Under the pieces are notes generated by a model. The model did not search any database. It saw nothing but the letters and a program-made list of their open reading frames with translations, and had not been told where the DNA came from. Of a DNA stretch of 64,000 bases, positions 1 to 11,530 are shown piece by piece. This DNA is from Candidatus Poribacteria bacterium (GTDB lineage: Bacteria; Poribacteria; WGA-4E; WGA-3G): the NCBI GenBank assembly GCA_963665235.2, contig CAXXLX010000001.1:2400001-2464000 (forward strand), written 5' to 3'. The position numbers were made by a program, and so were the translations under genes. Every line of letters begins with the position of its first letter. Position 1 is the stretch's first letter.

Positions 1-360
1 GAGATGGTCTCAACGTTGACAAAGGCTGTTTTTCCCATGCTCGATTGTGATGTAGAAGATGGGTGTTTTGCGGTTATACCGGGGGCGCATAAAAGTAATT
101 TTCCCAAACCGTGGGGAAGCCATCCGGACGAGAATCCGGTGCTTCAACCGATTCCAGCACAGGCTGGAGACGCTATCATCTTCACCGAAGCCCTCACCCA
201 CGGCTCTGTCATTAATGTCTCTGGTAACCCCCGGCGGACAATCTACTACTGCTATAGCATCGGTTATATGCCTGACTGGGGTGGTCAAGGGCTGCATTTC
301 AGTCCAAATGTTATGAATCAACTCAACGAAACGCAACAGGCAATTCTTCATCTCAAATAA
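1..360 (+). CDS. Phytanoyl-CoA dioxygenase (PhyH) family protein, 5'-truncated by window edge
   Basis: GCFAVIPGAHKS and GDAIIFTEALTHGS...RR motifs of the Fe(II)/2OG PhyH fold. Confidence 0.8.
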   Translation, partial: EMVSTLTKAVFPMLDCDVEDGCFAVIPGAHKSNFPKPWGSHPDENPVLQPIPAQAGDAIIFTEALTHGSVINVSGNPRRTIYYCYSIGYMPDWGGQGLHFSPNVMNQLNETQQAILHLK

Positions 361-394
361 CGTTACCCGCGTCTGAACTAATAGGAGAAATAAT

Positions 395-1570
395 TTGATT
401 ACAATCGCTGAAAGGTTACAGAAACTTCCACCCTATCTCTTTGTAGATTTGCGTCAAAAAATGATGGCTGCCAAGGCCCAAGGCGTTGATGTTATCAGCC
501 TCGGCATCGGAGACCCGGATTTTCCGACCCCTGATTCGGTCGTGGAAACCCTCTGCACCGCAATCCAAAGCTCGGAGGACCCGGATAGACACCGCTACGG
601 TTGCGATAACCCTGTCGCAGATTTTCCACAGGCGGTTTCCGAGTTTTATCAACACCGGTACGGCGTTTCGCTCTCCGATGAACAGGTCGTAACAACGCTC
701 GGCAGTAAAGATGCAATCGTCAAAATGGCATTGGGTCTTCTGAATCCGGGGGATATCGGTATCGCTGCGAGTCCGGGGTATCCTACCTATAACATCGGGC
801 ATGTTTTCGCCTCGGCGACTACGTACTACGCGCCTTTGTTGCGGGAAAATCGGTTTTATCCGGACTTTGAGGCAATCCCGGATGAGATTAAGCGGCTTGC
901 CAAGGTGTTCTGGATAAACTATCCAAACAACCCGACGACAGCAGTTGCTGACCTCGCCTTTTTTGAACGCGCCGTTGAATTCGGGAGACAACACGGTATT
1001 CTTATCGCACACGATAACGCCTACAGCGAAAACACCTACGATGGTTATCGGTCGCCAAGTATCCTACAGGTGGAGGGGGCTGACGAAGTGGCTGTTGAGT
1101 TCTTTTCGTTGAGTAAGGCGTTCAATATGACCGGCTGGCGGTTAGGATTTGTCGTCGGCAACCCGACAGCGGTTGAGGCTGTCAAAAAGGTTAAAGACAA
1201 TATTGATAATGGGTCGCTCCGGGCTCTTCAATTTGCGGGGGCAAAAGCACTCTCAATCGCGGATAAGCTTACGCCAGCAATCAATGCTGTTTATCAAAAA
1301 CGCAGGGATATGGTAGTAGATGCCCTTTCAGAGAGCGGATGGGCACTTGAAAAACCGAAGGCGACAATCTACGTATGGGCCCCAGTTCCTGAACGTTTCA
1401 AGGGTTCCAGTCGTGCGTTTGCAACTGCGCTCCTTGAAAAAGCGGGTGTCGTTGTAACCCCTGGGCTCGGCTACGGACAGTGGAGTGAAGGCTACTTCCG
1501 GATTTCGCTGACCTACCCTGATGAGGTTATTACTGAAGCGGTCAACAGAATTCGGTCTTTTTCGGGGTGA
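395..1570 (+). CDS. dapL: LL-diaminopimelate aminotransferase (PLP class I/II)
   Basis: RLQKLPPYLF N-terminus, SLGIGDPD, NYPNNPT, DNAYSE, SLSKAFNMTGWRLG; RBS aggag before TTG start. Confidence 0.8.
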   Translation: MITIAERLQKLPPYLFVDLRQKMMAAKAQGVDVISLGIGDPDFPTPDSVVETLCTAIQSSEDPDRHRYGCDNPVADFPQAVSEFYQHRYGVSLSDEQVVTTLGSKDAIVKMALGLLNPGDIGIAASPGYPTYNIGHVFASATTYYAPLLRENRFYPDFEAIPDEIKRLAKVFWINYPNNPTTAVADLAFFERAVEFGRQHGILIAHDNAYSENTYDGYRSPSILQVEGADEVAVEFFSLSKAFNMTGWRLGFVVGNPTAVEAVKKVKDNIDNGSLRALQFAGAKALSIADKLTPAINAVYQKRRDMVVDALSESGWALEKPKATIYVWAPVPERFKGSSRAFATALLEKAGVVVTPGLGYGQWSEGYFRISLTYPDEVITEAVNRIRSFSG

Positions 1571-1749
1571 GGTCGGTAAAGATATTCTGTCCCAACCTTG
1601 GGGACGCGCTTTGTCCGCGCGCTGCCAGGGGGACACTAACAAATTAACACGAAAAGGCGTTGACTATGTATCTGTTTGAATGCTTGTATCCGCTTCGCTG
1701 TATCGTATCAGACTTAAGCGTTTCTGGACGCATTGGAAGGATTTTCGCA

Positions 1750-4700
1750 ATGTTTTCACGGAATCTACACTTGGGGTCGCTATGCTTCGTTCTCTTTATG
1801 CTTTTGACACTTGTGCCTGTAGTGGGTGCCCAGATGCTCACCTATACTGTTGCGGATGGTCTCGTTGGTCCTGTTGTTCCTGTTATCTTTCAGGACAGCC
1901 GTGGGATTCTCTGGTTTGGCTCAGAAAGCGGTGGTGTCAGCCGTTTTGATGGGAACACCTTTTTACAGTTTCCCGACGAAAACCGTTTACTTTTCGGGAA
2001 GACGCAAGACATCGCTGAGGATAAGTGGGGGAATATCTGGTTTCTCACCAGACATGCGTCAGAAAGTGTCGGGAATGTCAGTTTATACGATTACGGTCAG
2101 CAAAAACTTCAACTCATCGGTGAAGGAAACTGCCTTGCAGTCGATGCGCAGGGGCATGTATGGGTCGGTGGCCCCGGTTCGCTGGTGCAATATACTGTCA
2201 CAAATAGGCAGGACGGACCGCGTCCACATCCTGTTAGCATAGCGGATGTTCCCGATGCAAAAATAAACGTCATCTTTCAAAGTGGGGATGGCGAGCTCTA
2301 CTTCGGCGGGAACGATGAAGTGGGGGCTCTTATTCTCAAATTTCGGAGTCCCGAGAACGCTTGGCAGCCCGTAAGTACCCAACGGATTGACACTCCTTCG
2401 AATTTACCTAACGGTCTTTCAATTAAGGCGATAACCGAAGACCCGGAAGGCAATCTCTGGTTCGGGGGCCGAGGTTTGTTGCTACGTTTCGACAAGGCAC
2501 AGCAGCAATTTCAGGAGGTGTTAGCTGGCCGAGGTAATCGGCCGAGGCCGGGGCAAGGTAACGCGTTCCGTCCGCCGGGACAGACTACGGACAGAAAAGT
2601 TTCACTCCAACTCGACAGCCAAAACAGAATCTGGTTCAGCGATAATCAGCGATTGAGATGGTGGGATGGTACACAGCTTCGCCGGCTACAAAATGTAGCC
2701 TCAGAAGTAAATCAGGGATTTTACCTACAAGGTTCATTTCAAATTGAGGATGCCTGGGGCAATCTCTGGTTTGCAAGTGAAACAGGGGCGCACCAATATG
2801 ACAAAAAACTTATCCAGTCCACCGCTGAAACCGTGTTTGAACAAGACGCACCGCCGACAGCTCCCGCTAAAATAGCACAGAAGATTTACCGCGTTGACGA
2901 TGGGCTTGGAAGCGATAACATCCAAACTATTTTTGAAGCAATGGATGGTAAAATCTGGTTCGGGCATGATAATGGTGTAACGGTGTTCGACCCGCTGCCC
3001 GCTATTGTCAATCACACAACGCGGGCGATTTTAGGCAGCAACAGCGTCCGGCTCATGTATCCAGACAGCACGGGAACACTCTGGCTCAGCATCCCTGGGG
3101 GGGTTGCACGCTATGCCCCTCAGGAGGGTAAACTTTTTCACTATGACCTCGAAGAACGCGTTGAAACAGGAAACGACGATACACCATCTCGGTTCCGTAA
3201 CAGACGTATCGAAATTAGCAAAATTTTTGAAGCGGCTGGCAATATTTGGTTCATCGGTAAACCTACACACCCGCGCGGGACTCTAGCCCATTATAGAATT
3301 TTCCGATATAGGGCAGGAAATTTTGAGCAGCTGTCGCTTAAAATTCGCACAGAAATCGGGCCTGGGGGTGAGGTGCTCCATACCAATACGGAACCGCTCA
3401 TTTCGTTGGGGACACCGCCTTGGATTTCTCTCGGCGGATGGTTATTTCTGCCGAGTCGCACCGGATTGCAATGGCTCTCTCCAACCGGAATACATACGCT
3501 CTCTTTTCAGTATCCTCATTCTCTGCCACACGCTGCCTCGACTATCACAGCACTGTACACCGACAATCAAAACCGTCTCTGGTGTTATCTAGAAACTGGG
3601 GAAGTGAAACGTTACCCGAATATCCGAAACAGGCGACGGGCCCCTAAAACCGTAATTAATCCGGAGGTTTTCCCACTCAGCTCAGTGATAGCTATCCCGA
3701 GCATGTCCGAAGGAGAAGCTGTCAAATGGTTTTTTGACACTGCCAATCAGCAACTCGTCTATTGGGATGCCGCTGCCCCTGAGCCCACTCCCACGGCACT
3801 CGAAGAGGAAACAGGTGGGCCGCCCCTACTTGCGGTGCAAACCGCGCCTGAAGCAGAAAAAAGTCAGGCAGAAGTGACAACGTTTCTTTTCAGAGATGGT
3901 ATCCGGACATACCGGGGCAATCAATTACAGCACACCGTCCCCGTTGAGATAGATGAAATCAGAGGTGCGCTTACCACAACAGCGGGCGACCTCTGGTTAG
4001 CTACCGCCCACGGTGCCCTCCGGTACGATGGCGAAACTGCCAAAATATACACAACTGCGGATGGATTCCTTGTAGATGACCTGCGAGATGTTCACGAGGA
4101 TAGCTGGGGCAACCTATGGTTCGCCACCTGGGGCGGCGGCGTTGTCCGATACAACGGTGAAACCTTTGAACCCCTCACTACCAAAGATGGGCTTGTTCAT
4201 AACAATGTCTCCAGCATCCATGAATCTGACGAAAAACATCTCTGGTTTGCTACCGAAGGCGGAGCCACGCAGTACCGGCCGGACCGGGGCGCGCTCCCAT
4301 TTTGTCGTATCGTCTCACTTGACGCGGACAAAACATACACCGAAGCCCCATATATAATACCCCCCGGACAGGATGTCACCTTCCATTTCCAAGGCAGCAG
4401 TCCGCTCCGCGATAACGTTACATATCAATTTAGACTGCTCGGTATCGACAACAGGGTCTGGACAAGTTCGTTGACAGAAGCAGGGCAACCTGAGGCCGCG
4501 GAATTTACAGGTGGTGTCGAACAACGGTTTCACCCACAACAAACTGGCGTAGAGAAAAATTTGCCACACGTTCGCTATAAGGGGTTGAAATCCGGAAATT
4601 ATGCCTTTGTCATAAAAGCGTTTCGCGACGGATGGCCCTATACACATCCGCCTGCGGTATTCAATTTCACTATCGACCAACCCTTCTGGACACTGTGGCG

Positions 4701-5559
4701 GAATTATCTCCCGACCCTCATTTTCCTTTCCGCCTTTGGTGCGCTCGTTTTTCGGTTAATTATTAACCGAAGACGCAACGCACAGCTACGGCTTGAAATA
4801 CGAGAAAGAGAGGAAGCGGAGCTGCAACGTATCCGTGATGAATTGAATGAAGCACAAAACATTCAAATGGGACTCTTACCGACCGCAACCCTTGATACAA
4901 AAGGGTTTGATGTCGCTGGCATGTCCGTACCCGCAACGCAGGTAGGCGGCGACTTTTACGACTACCTGACCGTCGCCAACGGGCAAACTGCTATCGCCGT
5001 CGCTGATGCCGCAGGAAAAGGGTTACGCGGCGCAATGAATGCTGTGCTCACAAACGGTATGCTGCACGAAGTCGCACGATTCAGAGCGGAAGCCAATGTC
5101 ATCCTCACCGAACTCAATGCAGGGTTAGCTCCCCGAATGTACGGACCCAGCTTTATCGCACTCAACCTTGCAATCCTCGATGAATCCCAAAAACAGGTCG
5201 ACTACGCAAACGGCGGGCAACCTTATCCTATTCTCAAACGCGGCGACGACATCATAGAGATAGAAAATAGCGACCTCCCCCTCGGTAGCATGAGACGGGT
5301 CAAATATGATTCCTTTACCTTTGACCTAGCTGAAGGGGACATCCTTATCTTTCATACTGACGGCCTTATTGAAGCACTTAATGCTGACGAGGATATGTAT
5401 GGCACAGAACGGCTAAAGCAAATCGTTTCCGAAATTCCGGACGACGCAAATGCTGAAGCGGTCATCGAACATATTGTTGAAGATGTACACAGCTTCGTCG
5501 GAGAAGCGGAACAGTACGATGACCTGACACTTGTCGTTATCAAACGGCTCCAAAGTTGA
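1750..5559 (+). CDS. Membrane sensor: two-component-regulator beta-propeller repeats, Y_Y_Y-like domain, TM helix and SpoIIE/PP2C phosphatase
   Basis: Signal peptide; repeated (Q/E)DxxGxLWF; TM helix YLPTLIFLSAFGALVFRLII; VGGDFYD, VADAAGKG, HTDGLIEA, QYDDLT. Confidence 0.9.
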   Translation: MFSRNLHLGSLCFVLFMLLTLVPVVGAQMLTYTVADGLVGPVVPVIFQDSRGILWFGSESGGVSRFDGNTFLQFPDENRLLFGKTQDIAEDKWGNIWFLTRHASESVGNVSLYDYGQQKLQLIGEGNCLAVDAQGHVWVGGPGSLVQYTVTNRQDGPRPHPVSIADVPDAKINVIFQSGDGELYFGGNDEVGALILKFRSPENAWQPVSTQRIDTPSNLPNGLSIKAITEDPEGNLWFGGRGLLLRFDKAQQQFQEVLAGRGNRPRPGQGNAFRPPGQTTDRKVSLQLDSQNRIWFSDNQRLRWWDGTQLRRLQNVASEVNQGFYLQGSFQIEDAWGNLWFASETGAHQYDKKLIQSTAETVFEQDAPPTAPAKIAQKIYRVDDGLGSDNIQTIFEAMDGKIWFGHDNGVTVFDPLPAIVNHTTRAILGSNSVRLMYPDSTGTLWLSIPGGVARYAPQEGKLFHYDLEERVETGNDDTPSRFRNRRIEISKIFEAAGNIWFIGKPTHPRGTLAHYRIFRYRAGNFEQLSLKIRTEIGPGGEVLHTNTEPLISLGTPPWISLGGWLFLPSRTGLQWLSPTGIHTLSFQYPHSLPHAASTITALYTDNQNRLWCYLETGEVKRYPNIRNRRRAPKTVINPEVFPLSSVIAIPSMSEGEAVKWFFDTANQQLVYWDAAAPEPTPTALEEETGGPPLLAVQTAPEAEKSQAEVTTFLFRDGIRTYRGNQLQHTVPVEIDEIRGALTTTAGDLWLATAHGALRYDGETAKIYTTADGFLVDDLRDVHEDSWGNLWFATWGGGVVRYNGETFEPLTTKDGLVHNNVSSIHESDEKHLWFATEGGATQYRPDRGALPFCRIVSLDADKTYTEAPYIIPPGQDVTFHFQGSSPLRDNVTYQFRLLGIDNRVWTSSLTEAGQPEAAEFTGGVEQRFHPQQTGVEKNLPHVRYKGLKSGNYAFVIKAFRDGWPYTHPPAVFNFTIDQPFWTLWRNYLPTLIFLSAFGALVFRLIINRRRNAQLRLEIREREEAELQRIRDELNEAQNIQMGLLPTATLDTKGFDVAGMSVPATQVGGDFYDYLTVANGQTAIAVADAAGKGLRGAMNAVLTNGMLHEVARFRAEANVILTELNAGLAPRMYGPSFIALNLAILDESQKQVDYANGGQPYPILKRGDDIIEIENSDLPLGSMRRVKYDSFTFDLAEGDILIFHTDGLIEALNADEDMYGTERLKQIVSEIPDDANAEAVIEHIVEDVHSFVGEAEQYDDLTLVVIKRLQS

Positions 5560-5609
5560 AATGATCGGTGTCAATTGCTAAACTATCGGCGCATGAGGCG
5601 GAAATAAAC

Positions 5610-7217
5610 ATGCACGGTCTCATGATGAACTATCCATTGACAATCGCGCAGATTTTAGAGCATGCACGCCAAATCCATGGAGACAAGCAGGTTCACACGC
5701 TTTTGCCTGATAAAAGTCTGCATAGCTATCGTTACACTGAACTTTACGAACGCGTCAAACGACTCGCGAACGTCCTCATCGGATTCGGCATACAGCCCGC
5801 TGACAGGGTCGCAACTTATGCAGCTAACACGTATCAACATCTAGAGCTCTACTACGCCATTCCGTGCATCGGTGCAATCCTTCATCCGCTTAACGTCCGC
5901 CTCTCTCCCTCTCAACTTGCACATATTGTGCGGGAGGCAGAAGATAAACTCGTCTTTGTTGATGGAGAGTTCGCAGAGCAGTTTGCAGAGCTACAGCAGC
6001 AAATTGACTGCAAACACACGATTCTCTGGAACACAGACGCAACTACAGCACAAGTTGAATATGAACGGTGCATTGCGGAAGCGGACAGCACCTATACTTG
6101 GAATATCCAAGACGAAAATTGTGCGATGGGGCTCTGCTATACCAGCGGGACAAGTGGAGACCCCCGGGGAGTCCTTTACACACACCGCTCTACGTTTCTC
6201 CACACACTGGCGGTCAATCAAGCAGATGTGTTTGGTTTAACTGAGGCGGATGTTGTGATGCCTGTTGTTCCGATGTTCCACGCAATGGGATGGGGGCTGC
6301 CTTACGCATGTCTATTTTCAGGGACAGATATGGTATTACCGGGCACCAACCCTACGCACCTCGCAGCCCTTATTGCCGAAACAGGGGTCACCGTCGCTGC
6401 GGGGGTTCCCACGGTCTGGTCGAAACTTTTACCCGAATTGCGGGAGATGGCGCAGGATATTTCTGCACTGAAACGAATCATAGTTGGCGGTGAAGCAATG
6501 CCCCCCACCCTCATTGAAGCTTACGAAACAGAACTCGGCGTTGAAGTCCGCCACGCCTGGGGGATGACTGAGATGTCCCCTACAGGCACGGTCTCTACAC
6601 TCCGTAGAGCACACAGCAATCTGCCCCACGCTGAAAAATGGAAGGTAAAGGCGATGCAGGGCAGACCGATTCCGGGGGTGCAAATACGACTTGCAACCGA
6701 AACCGGGGTTCAACTTCCCTGGGACGGGAACACAAGTGGCGAGGTCCAGGTAAGAGGTCCTTGGACAGCGCGATGCTATTACAAACGCGAACCGACAGCA
6801 GAGAATTTTACTGCCGATGGATGGCTACGCACAGGCGATATCGCCACTATCAACCCAGAAGGTTATATGCAAATTGTGGACCGCGCAAAAGCACTTATCC
6901 GGAGCGGCGGAGAATCTATCTCCAGCATCGCACTAGAGGCGCGGTTGATGAAACACCCGCAGGTTGTTGACGCAGCGGTTATCGGCGTACCTGACGAAAA
7001 GTGGGGAGAACGGCCGCTTGCTATCGTTGTCCTGACACAACAGGCAACCGAGGACACGCCCGCTATGCTGAACGAACACCTCGCCGCCGAGTTTCCGAAA
7101 TTCTGGCTCCCTGACACGTTTGTATTTACGGATGAAATCCCGAAAACGAGCGTCGGAAAATCGGATAAACGCGCGATGGTTCATCAATTCGCATCTACAG
7201 ATAGTGAGGGTGTGTAA
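5610..7217 (+). CDS. Long-chain fatty-acid-CoA ligase / DmdB-like AMP-dependent synthetase
   Basis: YTSGTSGDPRG, AWGMTE, GWLRTGD, PKTSVGK motifs. Confidence 0.9.
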   Translation: MHGLMMNYPLTIAQILEHARQIHGDKQVHTLLPDKSLHSYRYTELYERVKRLANVLIGFGIQPADRVATYAANTYQHLELYYAIPCIGAILHPLNVRLSPSQLAHIVREAEDKLVFVDGEFAEQFAELQQQIDCKHTILWNTDATTAQVEYERCIAEADSTYTWNIQDENCAMGLCYTSGTSGDPRGVLYTHRSTFLHTLAVNQADVFGLTEADVVMPVVPMFHAMGWGLPYACLFSGTDMVLPGTNPTHLAALIAETGVTVAAGVPTVWSKLLPELREMAQDISALKRIIVGGEAMPPTLIEAYETELGVEVRHAWGMTEMSPTGTVSTLRRAHSNLPHAEKWKVKAMQGRPIPGVQIRLATETGVQLPWDGNTSGEVQVRGPWTARCYYKREPTAENFTADGWLRTGDIATINPEGYMQIVDRAKALIRSGGESISSIALEARLMKHPQVVDAAVIGVPDEKWGERPLAIVVLTQQATEDTPAMLNEHLAAEFPKFWLPDTFVFTDEIPKTSVGKSDKRAMVHQFASTDSEGV

Positions 7218-7241
7218 AGTTTTTGTACAAGTTGTTCAGTA

Positions 7242-7331
7242 TTAGCCCAGTATGGGCGATATGTTTATAGAAGCCGAGACCACCCGCACACCTTATCCCA
7301 TCGGGACGATATGTTTATAGAAGCCGAGACC
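7242..7331 (+). repeat. Dispersed palindromic repeat family (AGTCCCNTAGGGACGATATRTTTATAGAA), two copies; further copies near 16742, 16794, 46295, 46344 and a variant near 33178
   Basis: cgatatgtttatagaagccgagacc occurs twice here, each after a short CCC..GGG hairpin; same core seen in other intergenic regions. Confidence 0.75.
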
Positions 7332-7395
7332 GCCTCTCCACTATATTTCTGGTTTCCCAAATTGCCAATCGCCAATCGCTAATTCGGCTATTGGC

Positions 7396-7474
7396 TGTTG
7401 GAAACCTATGGAAACCATTAGCAAGAAGGTTGTGATGCTAAGCATATCTTTGTCGCGCGTCAAAACCCTCTTCC
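7396..7474 (+). repeat. Dispersed ~80-bp repeat, second copy at about 33206-33294
   Basis: ggaaacc(a/g)ttagcaagaaggttgtgatgctaagc...gcgcgtcaaaaccctcttcc is near-identical at both sites; flanked here by heptamer repeats (aattgcc/aatcgcc/aattgct). Confidence 0.8.
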
Positions 7475-7608
7475 TCTTTGTTTTCTTTCTCTTGCTAATT
7501 GCTAATTGCCAGCGTTGCCAATAAGCTAATTGCCAATGATATTTTTTATGAAGAAAAATCAAACCGTTCGCAACTAATACCATTTCTAATTGAAAATATC
7601 TCTTTATT

Positions 7609-7632
7609 GTAGCATAAACTTTTAGTTTGTGC
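7609..7632 (+). repeat. REP-like hairpin (GTAG-CATAAACT..AGTTTGTGC family); relatives at 30621, 50408 and inside the 152-bp MITE
   Basis: GTAG tetranucleotide followed by an imperfect stem; overlapped and followed by direct repeat ctttattgtagcata. Confidence 0.65.
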
Positions 7633-7730
7633 GCTTTATTGTAGCATACATGTTATGTTATAAAAACACCCCTAAAATTACGCGAACAGTACAACCCTTT
7701 ACTTATCTCCATCAGGAGTCGAACTCCCTT

Positions 7731-9124
7731 CTAGGGGGCAGTGCCTGGTGTCGGGCGTTCTGGACGCGCCGGTGGTTTAAGGTGCTTTTCACCTTCCTGC
7801 CGTATCTTCTCCAATTCAGTGATAACTTTTTGGAGTGCCTGCAAATCTTTTGGCAATTTTCCCCCATGCAGTGCTTCTAACTGCGTAAACCATTGCTGAA
7901 CCGCATCCGGTGTGCGGAGTTCCGGTGGTATCTCCAGCCCTGGTGGGAGTTGCTTGGCATCGGGGTGCGGCCGCTGCTGTGTAGGGGCAGTCTTTTGAGA
8001 CGTGGGCGGTTCGTGTGTGTGTCCAGGCTCACGTTCCCGTGCTTGTTCAGGAGGGACGGTGCCGTGGGGCTGCTTCTCTTCTGGCGTGTTCAGGAGCGTA
8101 TCCAGCTCCAACAAGAGTTCATGTTCTTCAATCTGCTGTTGCAGCAGGGTTTGTGCTGTTTCCAACTCTTTCATGTTCCGTTCAAAAAAACGGGGCGGCA
8201 CCTTGCCGATTGGTATTGGTTTATTATTTGCGTCTATGTAGACCACGCTCATCCCCTCAGGGGCAACACCGAAATTGACTAACGCGTCTTCCTCCTCAGA
8301 CGTGAGACTGGGCCCTATAAACTTCGTCCTACCTGTTTCGGGCTCTATATGCACGTTCACAAGATTCGGTGAAAATGGCAGAAAACTACCATCCAAATTC
8401 GTAACACCCCCTTCAACTTCAGGGTCTAACTCCACCGCAAGCTCTATGTTTATAAGCCGCACCACGGAGAACTTGTTAGCCATTTGGACATACGCTTCCC
8501 ACGTCGTATCCGAAGGCAACTTTAGTGCCTGAAGCAGGCCTGCTTTAGAAGAATGTCCACCGACCACAGTCCTGCCATCTTCATCGTATTCCGGTATTCC
8601 GGTATCCCAATCCTCCGGGTCGGCCCTGTTATGCCAATCGTCTACTCAATGCCAGTTGATAGTGTCCAAAACCAGCAAACGGGTGACCGAGGTACATGAG
8701 GTCTTCCAGCCACTGATCCAGCGGATACATTGCCTCTGCTGCCTCTAATTCCTTAAGGTTTGGGGTGGCGGAAGTCAAGAAAACTTTGATTCCACATTTC
8801 CTTCATTTCGGCGCGGGTGTAGGGCTGATATTTCTTTTTGATGGCAGTGAGGTCCAGGCGTTCCCAAGCGCGTTGGATCGGGTGCTTTGTGTTGCTTGCC
8901 TGGGAAGATTCCACCGTATCGGTGTCGGTGTCAGGTTTGGTCCAATCGTAGGTATGGATATGTTGAACGGTGTTGCCATCGGGGGCGGTATGTTCATGCG
9001 GGGTCGGCGCGGGGATCTGTTCTTGGACAGACAATAAGGGGTGCGGCCGATGTGCCATATAAACTGAAATACCGATAGCGAAGACGAGCAGGGTTATTGT
9101 GATGAGGATCATCCGTTTTTTCAT
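7731..9124 (-). pseudogene. Membrane-anchored hypothetical protein split into pieces by frameshifts (ORFs 8753-9124 and 7731-8567)
   Basis: N-terminal TM anchor MKKRMILITITLLVFAIG and His-rich linker; reading continues in a shifted frame at the cacccc run near 8760 with a further shift before 8567. Confidence 0.6.
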
Positions 9125-10392
9125 GAGGTTTCTCCTTGTAGTCGACAGCCGTGGAGACTGTCCGACAGATGTGTGTGCGTTCTGCGAGGACCATTTCTAT
9201 TAAGTCCCCAATTGGCAGGCCGCACGGGGAATGCCTAAATGGCATTCCTCGTTGATTTGGCGCAGGCCATTTGTGAGGGGGGAGTTTTGGATAGAATCTG
9301 TCCGTTCAGATCCCCCTTTATCCCCCGCACCTGTGAGGGAAGGGGCCTTTTGAACCTATTATGTCCGTTGAGGGACAATAAATATTTAGCAAGTAAACCA
9401 TTTCGTCACAAAAGCGATATGAATCTGGGAAATCCTGTGCGCGGTTACCAGATGCCGAGCAAGGGTTAAAATTTTTTCAACCACGGAGTTCATCAGGACC
9501 TGGAAGACTTGCAGTAGCATTCTCTTCCAATTTAGTCCATTTATACGCCGCTGTAACGTCACCGGATTGACCTCCGTATCATTTAGTTTACCGCTGCCTG
9601 TTGCACTTTTATCTTGGTATTTAGGAAACGCCGTCGGCAATGGCTTTTAATTGGAGCAGAAATTGCGTAACCCCGCGCTTCACGTTCGTCGGACGAAGCA
9701 GTGTAAGAGTGTTCCGAGGTTGCTGTCAGGGTGACAACGTTACTCAAAATCCTCCCCCATACGTTCTCTTGTCACCTCTTGCGATATTTACCTTCTTGAC
9801 AATAAGGTTCAGAAATGCTGTCTCCGTCCACGTATCTTTCTTTATACTCACTTCCCGGCAACCCGACTTAGAAAGCCGCTTCTTGCATGATAATTCACTG
9901 GGGAGAACGTGACAGTGCCTGTTGCGACCCCTTGCCAGGTGGCTCTTTCGTCTGGGTATTGGGTTAAGTCTAAATATTCTATCTGGTCAACACCCGGTGT
10001 CACTGTTATCGCGGGCATGTCTTTCCCCTGTGCTGGCATTGGCAGTAACACTCACGGAATAAACGTTCTGTGTGTCACTATTTGGACCGTTCGCGCTGTG
10101 GTTGTACTTAGGCCTGGATAGTACCTGATCCCCCAAGCAGAAGCATTTTCAGTTCCGATCCCGTCATTACCACTATAATGTTACCTCTCGGATCTTGGCC
10201 GCCAGTTGACACCGGCTTGCCCTTAGAATCCACTTTCGCTGCAGAGTTGTGCGTGTGTCCTGGTGGCTTGTGCGGTGCCCCTGTGTTAGGGTCTTCCCTA
10301 TTATGTCCGATTCCATCGGGTGTCTGTGCTAAAAACATAACAGACATCACAACGCCTAATAATATCGCGCATTCAAAAAATCTTCTTTTCAT
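9121..10392 (-). pseudogene. Secreted hypothetical protein with multiple frameshifts
   Basis: Signal peptide MKRRFFECAILLGVVMSVMFLA with RBS; successive same-strand fragments 10108-10392, 9848-10051, 9386-9640, 8994-9245; 3' boundary approximate. Confidence 0.5.
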
Positions 10393-10833
10393 TTGGGTTG
10401 TCTCCTCGCCGCGGTGTTCGCGGCTGTTTGAACGTTCTAAAACGTTATCAGAAAAACTAACAGGGTTTATCTCTGATGTTCCAAAGGAAACGTTGCTGTC
10501 AACGTGAACCTTCGGGCTCGCTGGTTCTCAATATTCCTATACACAAGCTTATGCATGTGATAGCATGAAAACCAGCCTTGTCATACTATATCTATGGCAT
10601 GGTTACGCGCCGATGATGCTTTTGCTATTGTTAGCATTGTCAGCGCGCCCCCCTTGGGGGTAAACGTTCCTGGTGTAACACACGCGAACTTGTGCATTGC
10701 TAACACCTTATGCCCATTATACATCACTTTACAAAATATGTCAATCGCTCAAAAAGTGATTTCCCATGCTTTCCGATTTTGCAGATGAACCATGACGATT
10801 CAACACAAATCACATCTATTTTTCAGTAAGCGG

Positions 10834-11510
10834 TTAAATTAATTGTTGCGTAACAGCATCTTCGGCTATCTCTGGGTATTTGGTTCTGAGCTGCTTTTTC
10901 AGTGCTTTTCTAGCCCGATGCAACAAAACCTCGACGTTGCCAACTTTCAGATTCAGCCTTTCGGCAATTTCTTTGGAAGACAACTCTTCGACGACTCTCA
11001 ATCGTATCACGTCTCGCTGGTTTTCCGGAAGCTTCGCTATCAAACCGTAGACGATTTGTAGACGTTCTGAATCAATCGCAATGCGCTCAGGTTGCTTGCG
11101 CTCAGGTTGCTGATACGTATACGATGATTGAATCCCTATTTCCGCCAATCTGTTCCCAGAACTGCTACCAGCGATTTCATAAACCTCACGTCTTTGCGGC
11201 TCTCTTTCCCGCTCTTTTCTCTGTGCTTCGAACCATTTTGCCCTTTTTCTTCTCCGGCAATGGTGAAAAGCCACTTATTGAAACCTTTAGGCTTCTGAAT
11301 TGTGCCTATCCATTTAAACGCTTCAAGGAGCGTATCTTGGGCGAGCTCTTCTGCATCCTCGTGCACGATGCCCCTGTTTTTGAAGAAACGGATAAGTTGT
11401 GGACGATATTTAAAATAGAGGGCATTCCATGCCGTTTCATCACCGGATTGGCAAGCTACTACGTATTTTGCATCTTCTTCTGCATTCTTCTTGTCTGATT
11501 TCGCTTCCAT
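10834..11510 (-). pseudogene. ECF-type RNA polymerase sigma-70 factor, one frameshift near 11255
   Basis: Region 2 (GDETAWNALY..DAEELAQDTLLEAF..FNKWLFTIA) in ORF 11136-11510 and region 4 (LPENQRDVIRLRVVEELSSKEIAERL..VEVLLHRARKAL) in ORF 10834-11274; adding one C at gcc|gg joins them. Confidence 0.85.
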
Positions 11511-11530
11511 TGATTACTTTAGGCATTATG

